Virus record (IMG/VR): IMGVR_UViG_3300026522_000007
Location: 1-51,470 of that record
DNA length: 51,470 nucleotides
From: a virus
Reading direction: 5' to 3' (one strand)
This document shows, in pieces, positions 34,886-43,817 of the stretch. Position numbers and translations under genes: made by a program. The notes under the pieces are model-generated. The model saw only the letters and a program-made list of their open reading frames with translations. It was not told where the DNA came from and did no database searches. Position 1 is the stretch's first letter. The number at the start of each line of letters is the position of its first letter.

Positions 34886-35755
34886 TTAAAGCCTGACCTT
34901 TCCTTTTCCTATATTCCAACAAGCTTCACGCATAAAACATTCTTTACAGCGTTTGCATGTAGGACTGTTTGCATCCTTTGGCCTACCAACCATCTTATGC
35001 TCTTCAAACACACGGTCATAATGGAACATAATAGATTCTGCTCTACCAGCAAAAGGCTCAATCTTAGTTGGGTCATAGTCATATACCTCAATCTTAAAGT
35101 CCTGAGTGTTCTTATCCTCAGAAAGCACAAAGCCTTTAGTATAGTCTTTACCATTCCACTTGCCAGATTCCTTTGCCTTCTTAATACACAGATGCATGTA
35201 CCACTGGCATTGCTTCCAGGCTGAAGGATGATGCGTCATCTTCTGAAACTGATATGTATTGACTGACTTAATCTCACCAATCATTCTTCCTTCAAAGAAC
35301 TCAGGAATCAAGCAATCAATATCAGGTGTGTAGCTAAGCATATAATCATCACAATATCTTGTGTAGTCCATATCTTTTGCTTTACCATAACCAGCTCTAA
35401 TAAAAAGTCTTTGCCACTTCTCATGAATTGCATTACCTTGCTCAAAGATACGCATAAGACCAACAGGAGTTTGCTGACCTTGTAGCTGCTTGTAAATCAG
35501 ACTGAGAACTTGAGCTCTTAAGCAAAAGTCCTTTTCGCCAACCAACATTGCTGATGCATGAAGACCAACACGTTCCTGAGATTCAAGGCCTCTTGTCATA
35601 ACCTGCTTTACGAATTTGGTTTCCTCCTCAATGTTCTTGTCAAGGTAGAACATAGCATTGAAGATTTTCTCAAGTACAGCAGCGTCAGTACTCTGAATCT
35701 TTGTTTTGTTTCCTTGAGCTTCTCTCTTTATGTTATCAATAAGACCCATTGTCAT
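34886..35755 (-). CDS. PD-(D/E)XK exonuclease with a Cas4/AddB-type 4-Cys cluster
   Basis: About 289 aa from ATG at 35755; DIDCLIP...IGEIKS (D..ExK); one N-terminal Cys (DFCLRAQ) plus C-terminal CKRCKECFMREAC. Confidence 0.65.
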   Translation of the reverse strand: MTMGLIDNIKREAQGNKTKIQSTDAAVLEKIFNAMFYLDKNIEEETKFVKQVMTRGLESQERVGLHASAMLVGEKDFCLRAQVLSLIYKQLQGQQTPVGLMRIFEQGNAIHEKWQRLFIRAGYGKAKDMDYTRYCDDYMLSYTPDIDCLIPEFFEGRMIGEIKSVNTYQFQKMTHHPSAWKQCQWYMHLCIKKAKESGKWNGKDYTKGFVLSEDKNTQDFKIEVYDYDPTKIEPFAGRAESIMFHYDRVFEEHKMVGRPKDANSPTCKRCKECFMREACWNIGKGKVRL

Positions 35756-35774
35756 CTCACCTCCTTTGGTATGT

Positions 35775-36236
35775 TTACAAACATACATCTCCACTCCTAT
35801 TTACTACACGAACAATACCTGCATTCTTAAGCATTCGTGAGCAAATACCACAAGGAACTGGATTCTTATCCTCATGGAAGTCAATAATTTCTTCGTCCCA
35901 TAAATCGGACTTTGCTTTATCCAATCCGTATTCTTCACATGCCAAATAAACCGTAGCACCAATCAATCGTTCTCGACTTGTAGCAATCAGTGCATTCTGT
36001 TCTGCATGAACACTATCACAACTTTCGTATCCTGAATACCTCTCAGCATTTGCTCTTTTGCATGTGCCTCTGTCACAACAGTTTTCTTCGCCTCTTGGAC
36101 TACCATTGTAACCAGTAGCAATGATAATGTCATCCTTAACAATAACACAACCATAATGGCGTTTGAGACATGTGCTTCGTTTGGAAACTGCAAGGGCTAT
36201 GCCAAGATAATACTCGTCCTTTGTTATTCTTGCCAT
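35775..36236 (-). CDS. dCMP deaminase (ComEB/cytidylate deaminase family)
   Basis: 153 aa; VHAEQNAL and PCGICSRML zinc-binding motifs. Confidence 0.85.
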   Translation of the reverse strand: MARITKDEYYLGIALAVSKRSTCLKRHYGCVIVKDDIIIATGYNGSPRGEENCCDRGTCKRANAERYSGYESCDSVHAEQNALIATSRERLIGATVYLACEEYGLDKAKSDLWDEEIIDFHEDKNPVPCGICSRMLKNAGIVRVVNRSGDVCL

Positions 36237-36472
36237 AAGTTCCCCCTTTTAATTTCCTTTGCCTTTGTGAGATACCAATCAGCTTTCTTCATATCCTCTT
36301 CAAAGTTTCCTTTGTATGGGGCTCTGTTCTTATACTTCCAAGCATTGCAAATACAGAAGTGGTAAACAGCTTCAGGACCAAAAGCAATCATCATTTCATC
36401 AATCGACTCAAACTTATTCTGAGTATAATGTGAAGGATGATTGACAGGGTCACGATTCTGATTTTTTGTCAT
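36224..36472 (-). CDS. DUF3310 family protein
   Basis: 82 aa; VNHPSHY...E.ID...F...NAWKYKNRA signature. Confidence 0.7.
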   Translation of the reverse strand: MTKNQNRDPVNHPSHYTQNKFESIDEMMIAFGPEAVYHFCICNAWKYKNRAPYKGNFEEDMKKADWYLTKAKEIKRGNLWQE

Positions 36473-36473
36473 A

Positions 36474-37421
36474 TTAGTCGTCCTCCTCTTCTAAGAACTC
36501 TTTCGGAATGCGCTTACCAAACTGCTGAGCTCTTTGTGCCATGATTTCTTTTCTGATTGACTTAACATCATCAAAACTTACAAAGCCTCTATCAAAGAAT
36601 AATGGTATTTCGCATTCACCCATCGGGTTACTTACCTTTGACTTGACCACCTTACACTTCATAATCAAGCCAATCTTCTCTGTTGTAGCTGAATTGCATG
36701 GATTCTTATTCGGAATCTCAATCCAGGCTTTTCTTGCTACCTGAATACGTAATGAACATGCATGCTTAAGCTTACGTCCTCCAGGCGTATCTGTCTTTTC
36801 ACCAAACAGCATTGCATTCATCTTATCTCTTACCTGATTGATGAAGATTAGTGTTGTTCCTGTCACCTCAATGATTTCCTCAATTGTAGGTAAGTACTTA
36901 TTCATCAGCCTTGCTGTACCACCAATTCGCTGTTCTTCAATCGAATCCTTTTCAGCAGACTTAAGAACCTTTTCAGCATCTTCCTTTGGTACCATACTTG
37001 GCACACTATCAATACCAATAAGAGGGATTCCTGCTTTTGCAAACTGAATTGTTTTATTGAATGCATCTTCACCATACTTAGCGCGATAAATCAGCATTTG
37101 CTTCGGTCTATTACCAAATACTTTTGCACGTTCTGCATCGAATGTGCCTTCAATTGGGATGTCCAAACACAATTGATGAAGTCCACATAAATGATAAAGT
37201 AATGTAGTTTTACCCGAGCCTTCTGGACCAAATATTTCTATAACACGACCCTCAGGCATTCCACCACCAATGATTGCATCAAGGTCCTCAATACCAGTTG
37301 ACCAACGATTGATTTTGAGGTTAGCGTGTTTTGAACCGATTGAATATATAGCACCTTCGCCTTCCTTTTTGTTAATATCATTGCAAAGCTTAATAATAGC
37401 TTCCTTATTGCATTTAGACAC
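36474..37421 (-). CDS. recA: RecA-family recombinase
   Basis: 315 aa; GTG start 8 nt after GGAGG; GGMPEGRVIEIFGPEGSGKTTL and LIFINQVRDKMNAMLFGEKTDTPGGRKLKHACSLRI align with E. coli RecA blocks. Confidence 0.85.
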   Translation of the reverse strand: MSKCNKEAIIKLCNDINKKEGEGAIYSIGSKHANLKINRWSTGIEDLDAIIGGGMPEGRVIEIFGPEGSGKTTLLYHLCGLHQLCLDIPIEGTFDAERAKVFGNRPKQMLIYRAKYGEDAFNKTIQFAKAGIPLIGIDSVPSMVPKEDAEKVLKSAEKDSIEEQRIGGTARLMNKYLPTIEEIIEVTGTTLIFINQVRDKMNAMLFGEKTDTPGGRKLKHACSLRIQVARKAWIEIPNKNPCNSATTEKIGLIMKCKVVKSKVSNPMGECEIPLFFDRGFVSFDDVKSIRKEIMAQRAQQFGKRIPKEFLEEEDD

Positions 37422-37480
37422 TTAATTTACCTCCAATTACTTGGATAGGCGGCCAACCTGTGACCGCCCTCCATTTTCAT

Positions 37481-37870
37481 TTATTTAACCGGCAGGTATT
37501 TCCACGCCGTATATACACATTTCTCTGAGCAATCCCATGTATCATAGATTATACCATCAATGCAGCATGTCCAATGCCCTGCCATATTAAGAATGTATCG
37601 TCCCCTTGGATATGCTTCACAGAATCGTTTACCATTCATTCGAGGTTCACCTTTAATAGCTGGAAAACTAAGCTTATAATAACTATGTTTTGCAACATAT
37701 GTTTTCAGATTCTTATCATCATTGAAAGACTTACAACCAGTTTCTTTCTTCAAACGATTAAGTTCTCTTTGAACCTCCATATAATCTCGATTTTCAACTG
37801 CAGCAATTGCTCTCTTTGCGCAATCACCAACCAGCTTGCCTTGAGGGTGTAAATTCAAAAATTCGTACAT
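37481..37870 (-). CDS. Hypothetical protein with a possible Cys-His-Asp (papain-like) arrangement
   Basis: 129 aa from ATG at 37870 (GGAGG 8 nt upstream); GDCAKRAIA ... AGHWTCCIDGIIYDTWD. Confidence 0.3.
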   Translation of the reverse strand: MYEFLNLHPQGKLVGDCAKRAIAAVENRDYMEVQRELNRLKKETGCKSFNDDKNLKTYVAKHSYYKLSFPAIKGEPRMNGKRFCEAYPRGRYILNMAGHWTCCIDGIIYDTWDCSEKCVYTAWKYLPVK

Positions 37871-37927
37871 TTTTCGTTCCTCCAAACACTCATAAAATTT
37901 AGGATGTATTATTTATCCTCTGATTAT

Positions 37928-37956
37928 ATTATACCATATTGACCAAAGGTTGTACA
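37928..37956 (-). promoter_or_regulatory. Sigma-A-type promoter P7 (TGTACA-17-TGGTATAAT)
   Basis: Minus strand: GGGGTGTACAACCTTTGGTCAATATGGTATAAT. Confidence 0.75.
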
Positions 37957-37971
37957 CCCCAAATTTTAACT

Positions 37972-40671
37972 TTATCGTTGATTTGATTTTGCATACAACG
38001 TACTGTTGTATTTAGTCACACGATTGATGTAAATCCGCTTGTTGAACTCCAAAGCTCCTTGCTCTTTCAGAATCTGAATAACTCTTGATGTGACAGTCCT
38101 TGATTTACATCTATCGTAGAAGTCATCAAAGCTTGTAAACACACCATGAGCTTTTCGTTCCTCTTCAATTGCTGTGGCTGCCTTTTCACCAATTCCTTTG
38201 ATTGAGCTTAATCCTTCCTGAATTACCACCTCACCTTCAACCTTTCGAAGTGTGTAATCAGCTGAGTAATTGACATGTGGCAAGAACAGCACTGCATTAT
38301 CACGAACAGCATTCTCTTTGAACTTAGCTATCTTAGCTTCATCACCACTGTACTTCATCTTCACATACCAGAACTCTGTAGGGTAGTAGATTTTGTAGTA
38401 CATTTCCTCGACTGAGATTAAGCTATATCCTGTAGCATGTCCTTTGTTGAATGCGTAGTTGAAAAACTTATCGAAGATTTCAAATGCCTGTTCCTTGGTC
38501 ATACCGTGCTTCTTTGCACCAGCCTCAAACTTCTTTACAAAGTTGTCGTAGTTCTCTTCAAAGTTTCTGATTGCCTTTTCAGTACCACCACGTTGCATCT
38601 TTATAATCTTATCGGCTTCAGGCCATTCCAATCCACCAATGTTAACTGCAATAGCTTGTACCTGTTCCTGATATATCACACAACCATAAGTTTTCTCAAG
38701 ATATTTTGAGTATGGCAAACTCGTATCGATATGAGCTTGGTCAACCTTATTGGCTGCATATACCTCAGGCATCTTTAAGCTTAGCGGCCCAGGTCTGTTC
38801 ATAGCTGATGCAGCAATCACATCTTCAAAGCAATCACATTGCATTACTCTCAGCATTTCCTGAACTGATTTCTTTTCAAACTGGAATACACCATCACAAT
38901 TGCCTTCACCAAAAGCTTTCATGATTTGTGGGTCATTTACCCAGTTCTCATCGAACTCATCATGACCAGTAAGCTGTCTAAGCTCACCAATACTTGACAT
39001 TGTAGTCAGACCAAGAATGTCAAACTTAATAACTTTAATCTTTTCCATATCATTCAAGTCATAATTCGTAAAATGCTTACCCGTCTTTGAATCGATACGA
39101 ACAGCTGTATAGTCCAGAATGTTTCCACCAGTAATAGCAACACCAGCAGCGTGTGTACCAATAAAACGTATCTTATTGTACAACTTACAGAAGTGCTTGA
39201 TGATGTTATCGTATTGCGCGTTCCACATTTTAGCCTCTGCAGAATTAGCGATAGCTTCAAGGTCAAGTAAACCTTCAGTGATGTATCCATTGATGAAAGT
39301 TTTGATTTGCTTAATCTCTTCTTTATTTCCCTCTAAACCACAAACCTTTGCAAGGTCATTTATGAGATTGTCAACACGATACAAACCATAAGAACAAATC
39401 TGAGCTGCATTATTTGGATACCTGTCAAGCAAATGCTGAATTACTTCTGCTCGACGTGATGTCTCAAAGTCAAGGTCAATATCAGGCATCTTCTTTTTAT
39501 CAATTCGTAAGAATCGGCTAAAGTCAAGGTCAAACAAAATTGGGTCAACGTCTGTAATGTGCAATGCGTAGTTAACCAAGCAGTTGCAACCAGAACCACG
39601 ACCAGGACCAACTTGAATTCCTTGCTCTTTTGCCCATGTTGCATACTCTGCAACCATTAAGAAGTAATCTTCAAAACCATGATACTTGATAACCTCAAGC
39701 TCTTCCTTAATTCGTGCTGCATACTTCTTATTCCACTTACCTCGTTTCTTAAGACCATCTCTAATCTTTTCTTTCAGTAAGTCGAATGAATCTCTTTCAG
39801 GGTCAAACTTAGGAAGCTTAAGCTCAAGCTCATCAAGAATATCACCATCAACTTTGTCCTCGATTTCCTGTAGGTTCCTAACCATTTCTTTTGCCAGGGC
39901 TTTTGCTTTGGCATCACCAAAGTCACTTCTGTGCATTTTATAGAATCGCCGCATGATTTCCTTTTCAGTTGGCATGTAACGTTCTTTGTAGGTTGCCTCA
40001 ATGTCGTCGAAATTATGTTTAGCAACCTCATGCATTTTGAGGTATGTATCAAAATCCTCTTTTCTGCCTCTATGACTATCTGATGTAAGGATACACTTTA
40101 TACCCAATCTATCTGCCAGACCAATCATAGTTACATTTATTCTTTCCTGTGCTTCTGCTTCAGAAACTTTATAGGGCTGAATCTCGGCATATAAATCGTC
40201 ACCAAAGATACTCTGTAACTTTTCCAAATATTTTCTTGCCTGTTTTACATTTCCCTTTAGAATACACTGGCTTGAATAGCTTGCAATGCATGCTGTTGTG
40301 CAAATCAGTCCTTCGTGGTACTTTTCAAGCAGTTCAAACGTCCAGATAGGATTGTAGTACTTGATTTTCTCACCTTCATACTGAAGTGTATTCAGATTTG
40401 TGTACCCTTGCTTTGTCTTAGCAAACAAGCATAAGTGGTAACCTCGTGTCTGAGGTTTATACTTCGGTAAGAAATATCCTTCGCATCCCATGATAGGCTT
40501 GATGCATTCCTCTTTACATGCATAAAAATGTCTCACCAGGCTATTTGTATTACCGTGATTTGAAATGCCCAGAGCCGTATAACCAAGCTTTTTAGCAAGA
40601 GCCGCCAATTCCTCAGGTTTACCAAAACCATCAAATGTTGAACACTCATCGTGTCTGTGCAAGTCTACCAT
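37972..40671 (-). CDS. dnaE: DNA polymerase III alpha subunit (DnaE-type, with PHP domain)
   Basis: 899 aa from ATG at 40671 (AAGGAG 8 nt upstream); PHP motif VDLHRHDECSTFDG...GISNHGN; polymerase core blocks (PDIDLDF, GTHAAGV, KFDILGL); C-terminal HhH-like GIGEKAA. Confidence 0.9.
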   Translation of the reverse strand: MVDLHRHDECSTFDGFGKPEELAALAKKLGYTALGISNHGNTNSLVRHFYACKEECIKPIMGCEGYFLPKYKPQTRGYHLCLFAKTKQGYTNLNTLQYEGEKIKYYNPIWTFELLEKYHEGLICTTACIASYSSQCILKGNVKQARKYLEKLQSIFGDDLYAEIQPYKVSEAEAQERINVTMIGLADRLGIKCILTSDSHRGRKEDFDTYLKMHEVAKHNFDDIEATYKERYMPTEKEIMRRFYKMHRSDFGDAKAKALAKEMVRNLQEIEDKVDGDILDELELKLPKFDPERDSFDLLKEKIRDGLKKRGKWNKKYAARIKEELEVIKYHGFEDYFLMVAEYATWAKEQGIQVGPGRGSGCNCLVNYALHITDVDPILFDLDFSRFLRIDKKKMPDIDLDFETSRRAEVIQHLLDRYPNNAAQICSYGLYRVDNLINDLAKVCGLEGNKEEIKQIKTFINGYITEGLLDLEAIANSAEAKMWNAQYDNIIKHFCKLYNKIRFIGTHAAGVAITGGNILDYTAVRIDSKTGKHFTNYDLNDMEKIKVIKFDILGLTTMSSIGELRQLTGHDEFDENWVNDPQIMKAFGEGNCDGVFQFEKKSVQEMLRVMQCDCFEDVIAASAMNRPGPLSLKMPEVYAANKVDQAHIDTSLPYSKYLEKTYGCVIYQEQVQAIAVNIGGLEWPEADKIIKMQRGGTEKAIRNFEENYDNFVKKFEAGAKKHGMTKEQAFEIFDKFFNYAFNKGHATGYSLISVEEMYYKIYYPTEFWYVKMKYSGDEAKIAKFKENAVRDNAVLFLPHVNYSADYTLRKVEGEVVIQEGLSSIKGIGEKAATAIEEERKAHGVFTSFDDFYDRCKSRTVTSRVIQILKEQGALEFNKRIYINRVTKYNSTLYAKSNQR

Positions 40672-41389
40672 TTGCAATTCTCCTTTTCTTACATATCATC
40701 AATATCTGACGATTGGCTTGAGTAGGGGACAAACAAGCAATTGTTGCTCTTACATAACTTTCAGGAAATGCACCTCTGAGTTTTGAAGCAATCATACTCA
40801 AATTAACATCAGTTTCTAAAAGCTTATTATATTCTCGTTCTTCAAGGCTCCAACCAATCTCCTTATTGATTTTGAATTCCTTGTTTATTATACCATAAAT
40901 CTCAGAATTTGTAAACTCTTCTTTATGGTCAGTTGGCCACACTCTATCTTCATACATTCCTTCGTATGGAGGAGTAGGAGTCGTGAACAACAACATCCCT
41001 TCTGGCACCAACCAGCTTGCAATTCGTTCAAACATTGTCGATGCAAATTCTTTGTCGAGGTGCTCAATAACTTCCATGAACACAACAGCATTAAACGGAC
41101 CAAGCGTATTACACAATAAGTGACATCTTATAGACGTAATATCAATGACGGTAATCTTTTCATCAGATTCGTATCGAGTATCTCCGTCCATCTTATAAAA
41201 ACAAATGTCTTCTCTTTTGAAATTCTTCTTTACTACGTTTTCTAAATCACTCGAGCCTGCACCAAGCTCTAACACCCTTGAATCTACAGGCAGCTGGGCG
41301 ATTTGCCCAGCCACCATAAGAATCCTATTGAAGTTTGAGAAGCTCCAGTGCAAGTTGTAATCGCATTCAGAGAATTTGTCGAATCCCAT
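40646..41389 (-). CDS. Class I SAM-dependent methyltransferase (small-molecule type)
   Basis: About 247 aa; motif I VLELGAGSSD; post-I and II blocks VVFMEVIEHL and LVPEGMLLFTTP. Confidence 0.65.
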   Translation of the reverse strand: MGFDKFSECDYNLHWSFSNFNRILMVAGQIAQLPVDSRVLELGAGSSDLENVVKKNFKREDICFYKMDGDTRYESDEKITVIDITSIRCHLLCNTLGPFNAVVFMEVIEHLDKEFASTMFERIASWLVPEGMLLFTTPTPPYEGMYEDRVWPTDHKEEFTNSEIYGIINKEFKINKEIGWSLEEREYNKLLETDVNLSMIASKLRGAFPESYVRATIACLSPTQANRQILMICKKRRIANGRLAQTR

Positions 41390-41405
41390 TTCTCTATTTG
41401 CATTC

Positions 41406-41849
41406 TTACAATTCACCTTGCTGTACCTCCTTAAGCTTTTCAACAATCAGCTCAACACACTCATCAATGCTTTTGTTTGTAGTATCAAGCTCAAGTGTTT
41501 TCTCTGACTTGTAATACCTACGAACATTGTTACGATAAAGTTTCTGAGCTTTACCGTAATCATACGGGCATTCCTCATTATGCTCATTAAGACGTTTAAT
41601 TGCAACATCTTCAGAAGCAAAGCAATAAACAACCATGAAGTCCTTATTCTTCTTCTTCATAATCTTTCGTGCCTGATGGATAAACTCCTGATTACCAAGT
41701 TTTGTTTCACGACCAAGAATCTTATCAAAAGTCATGTAACCAACAGGACCTCTGTCAATCACAACATGCTTGAAGTTTGTTGCTTTCAGAAACTCCCATT
41801 CCAAAGTCGTTTTGCCGGCCTTATCAAGCCCTTCGAAAATCACCCACAT
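41406..41849 (-). CDS. dNMP (thymidylate-type) kinase, short
   Basis: 147 aa; P-loop FEGLDKAGKTT as in dTMP kinases; IDRGP in the place of the DRY block. Confidence 0.6.
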   Translation of the reverse strand: MWVIFEGLDKAGKTTLEWEFLKATNFKHVVIDRGPVGYMTFDKILGRETKLGNQEFIHQARKIMKKKNKDFMVVYCFASEDVAIKRLNEHNEECPYDYGKAQKLYRNNVRRYYKSEKTLELDTTNKSIDECVELIVEKLKEVQQGEL

Positions 41850-41855
41850 ATATTA

Positions 41856-42767
41856 TTAGTCCTCCCAGCTCTCAATCATTTCAGTTTCGCCAGGAAGCAG
41901 AAGTTCCGGTTCCTCTTTGTAGATTCGCTTAAGCTCTGCATACCAGGCAGATTTACTGTAATCAAACTTACAATTTTCAGTTGCATGAGTTACATGTTCA
42001 TTGCCATCACAGAATCTCTTGAAAGAGTTTCCAAACACATCATCACATGTAAAACACTTCTTAGCTGCAGCACCAAAACAATCACATCTCTCAAGATTCT
42101 TGGTATAAACCAGCTTATCAAGCTCGTCCATTTCATCATCAAGAGCAATTGCCTTTTTGAGCTCCTTAAGCAGAAGTCTGAATGCATAGTTGATTTCATC
42201 AGCTGTATTGTTTTCCAGCCTCTGACCACATACATTCACAAGCTGAGGAAGAGTGAAAGAACAAGAGGCGTCGCACGTCTGACCATGCATCAACAGGTAA
42301 CGTGCATCCTGATAGGGGATGACTGTATGGTCCTTGCCATCATCATTTCCTTTTGTCATATCATCATACAACTTCTGAGATTCCTCAATAAGCTTTACAG
42401 CTCTTTCATAAAACTCAGACTGAACAATATTCAAAGGAAGAACGACGTTGTGCTCAACATGCTGAGGCATCTGAGATTCAACCTGGAACAACCAACCACG
42501 ATGACGAGTAAGCTGCGCAAGATTTACTCTCGATATGTTCTTAAACACACACTGAATAAGTACAGTTTCCTGAGGAGTAGGATTCAGTCTCTTGTCAACC
42601 GAGCCGGTAATGAACTCCTTTACGATAGGAAGCTCCGGATTGTACTCAATGTCATGAAGCTGAATCCAGGTCTGCTTAAGCATATCCCACATTATTTTTG
42701 CAGGATGCTTTGTGTAGCCGATAATCTCTACATCAATTCCTTTGTAGCCGTTCTGAACGCCATTCAT
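41856..42767 (-). CDS. ThyX-like protein, long form with a Cys-rich C-terminal extension
   Basis: 303 aa; AGGAGG RBS; TRHRGWLFQVESQMP (RHR-x7-S but SxRY replaced by SQMP); ARYLL...QRLENN...EI aligns with ThyX second-half blocks; C-terminal CDCF..CFTCD..C..C. Confidence 0.6.
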   Translation of the reverse strand: MNGVQNGYKGIDVEIIGYTKHPAKIMWDMLKQTWIQLHDIEYNPELPIVKEFITGSVDKRLNPTPQETVLIQCVFKNISRVNLAQLTRHRGWLFQVESQMPQHVEHNVVLPLNIVQSEFYERAVKLIEESQKLYDDMTKGNDDGKDHTVIPYQDARYLLMHGQTCDASCSFTLPQLVNVCGQRLENNTADEINYAFRLLLKELKKAIALDDEMDELDKLVYTKNLERCDCFGAAAKKCFTCDDVFGNSFKRFCDGNEHVTHATENCKFDYSKSAWYAELKRIYKEEPELLLPGETEMIESWED

Positions 42768-43265
42768 TTATTTGGCCTCCTTCTCAATTAGTTTGTTGAT
42801 TTCATTCGTGTATCTCTCAAGACGTTCTTTAGATTCGAAGTAAATCTCACCAATACAATCGGAAGAATTACCAAGAGTCTTTTCATTCAAACACCACTGA
42901 TATACACTGTAAGCATCTGCCAACTTAAGAATATTATATACTATCGGTTCAGGTTTGTACACCTCTCCGAGATAATTTTTCCAATGTTCTTTGTAATAGT
43001 CCTGCTCGATCCTGTTGAGTATTTGCTGCATCTCAGGATAGTTTGCTTTGACATCATGAGGAATATCAGATGTACGACTTTCACATGTGTCATGCAAAGC
43101 TGCAAGAATCAGAACCTGTCGTTCCTGCTCGTGAGTAAGATTAAGCTGAGCCATAATCTTAAGACAGAACAAAGAAACAAAACATGTATGCTCTGCAACA
43201 CTCTCATCCTGAAGTCTAATACGATGATTGTACCTGATAATCTTCTTGAGTGGGTACTCACTCAT
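42768..43265 (-). CDS. HD-domain phosphohydrolase (YfbR-like 5'-deoxynucleotidase)
   Basis: 165 aa from ATG at 43265; SVAEHT ... LHDTCESRTSDIPHDVK (H..HD..D). Confidence 0.7.
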   Translation of the reverse strand: MSEYPLKKIIRYNHRIRLQDESVAEHTCFVSLFCLKIMAQLNLTHEQERQVLILAALHDTCESRTSDIPHDVKANYPEMQQILNRIEQDYYKEHWKNYLGEVYKPEPIVYNILKLADAYSVYQWCLNEKTLGNSSDCIGEIYFESKERLERYTNEINKLIEKEAK

Positions 43266-43275
43266 TATGGATTCT

Positions 43276-43749
43276 TTACTCAACAATTCCAGCATAAGCA
43301 AGTCCCTCATTCTTCTCAATCAACTCAGGCAACTTATCAAGGTCTTTATAGTTCTGAATAACAATGTCTCCAGACTGAGCAAGCATCAAATTAAACTGAC
43401 CATTAGGACCAAGAGTTTCACAATAATATACAACAATCTTTCTTTTAGAAGGATAAACAGCTGCATTTAATCCATTTACGTATCCTGCTTCCCAGATTGT
43501 TCCCATGTCTTTTCCATCTGTAATTGCAAATAAAATATCACAGCTTGCAATATTTTCAACATTATCACTAAATACTTTGCTGCGCATTGCTTCATCAGCA
43601 ATTGGACTGCATACACAATTATCCTTTGGGCTCCATACATTAAATCCAAGTTCTCTCAGGCGTCCCTTTACACGTTCCTCACGCTCTGCTTGATCAGGAT
43701 TGAACCAAGGGCTTGCAAAGTACACTTTCATATTTTTAATATCGTTCAT
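43276..43749 (-). CDS. Nucleoside 2-deoxyribosyltransferase family protein
   Basis: 157 aa; KVYFASPWF, DMGTIWEAGY and FNLML motifs. Confidence 0.75.
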   Translation of the reverse strand: MNDIKNMKVYFASPWFNPDQAEREERVKGRLRELGFNVWSPKDNCVCSPIADEAMRSKVFSDNVENIASCDILFAITDGKDMGTIWEAGYVNGLNAAVYPSKRKIVVYYCETLGPNGQFNLMLAQSGDIVIQNYKDLDKLPELIEKNEGLAYAGIVE

Positions 43750-43765
43750 GGCGATTTCTCCTTTT

Positions 43766-43800
43766 CTAAAAATGTAGGGAGGGAGTTTAGCCCCTCCCTA
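43766..43800 (-). terminator. Rho-independent terminator inside the nucleotide cluster
   Basis: Minus strand: TAGGGAGGG-GCTAAACT-CCCTCCCTA (9-bp stem) followed by CATTTTTAG. Confidence 0.7.
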
Positions 43801-43817
43801 TTATGTGAATACTTCCC

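Noticed and set aside
37422-37480. Hairpin GGCGG-N11-CCGCC between 37481..37870 and recA, considered as a terminator (similar structured spacer at 47030..47121)
   Set aside because: The stems are short (5-6 bp) and no U tract follows on the transcribed strand. They are not convincing as intrinsic terminators, so they are left unannotated.
41580-42791. 403-aa plus-strand ORF, the longest ORF on the plus strand
   Set aside because: It lies exactly antisense to the ThyX-like and kinase genes. It has no RBS and a Leu/Ile/Phe/Cys/His-rich low-information composition typical of the shadow frame of an AT-rich gene. The minus-strand genes carry clear motifs.
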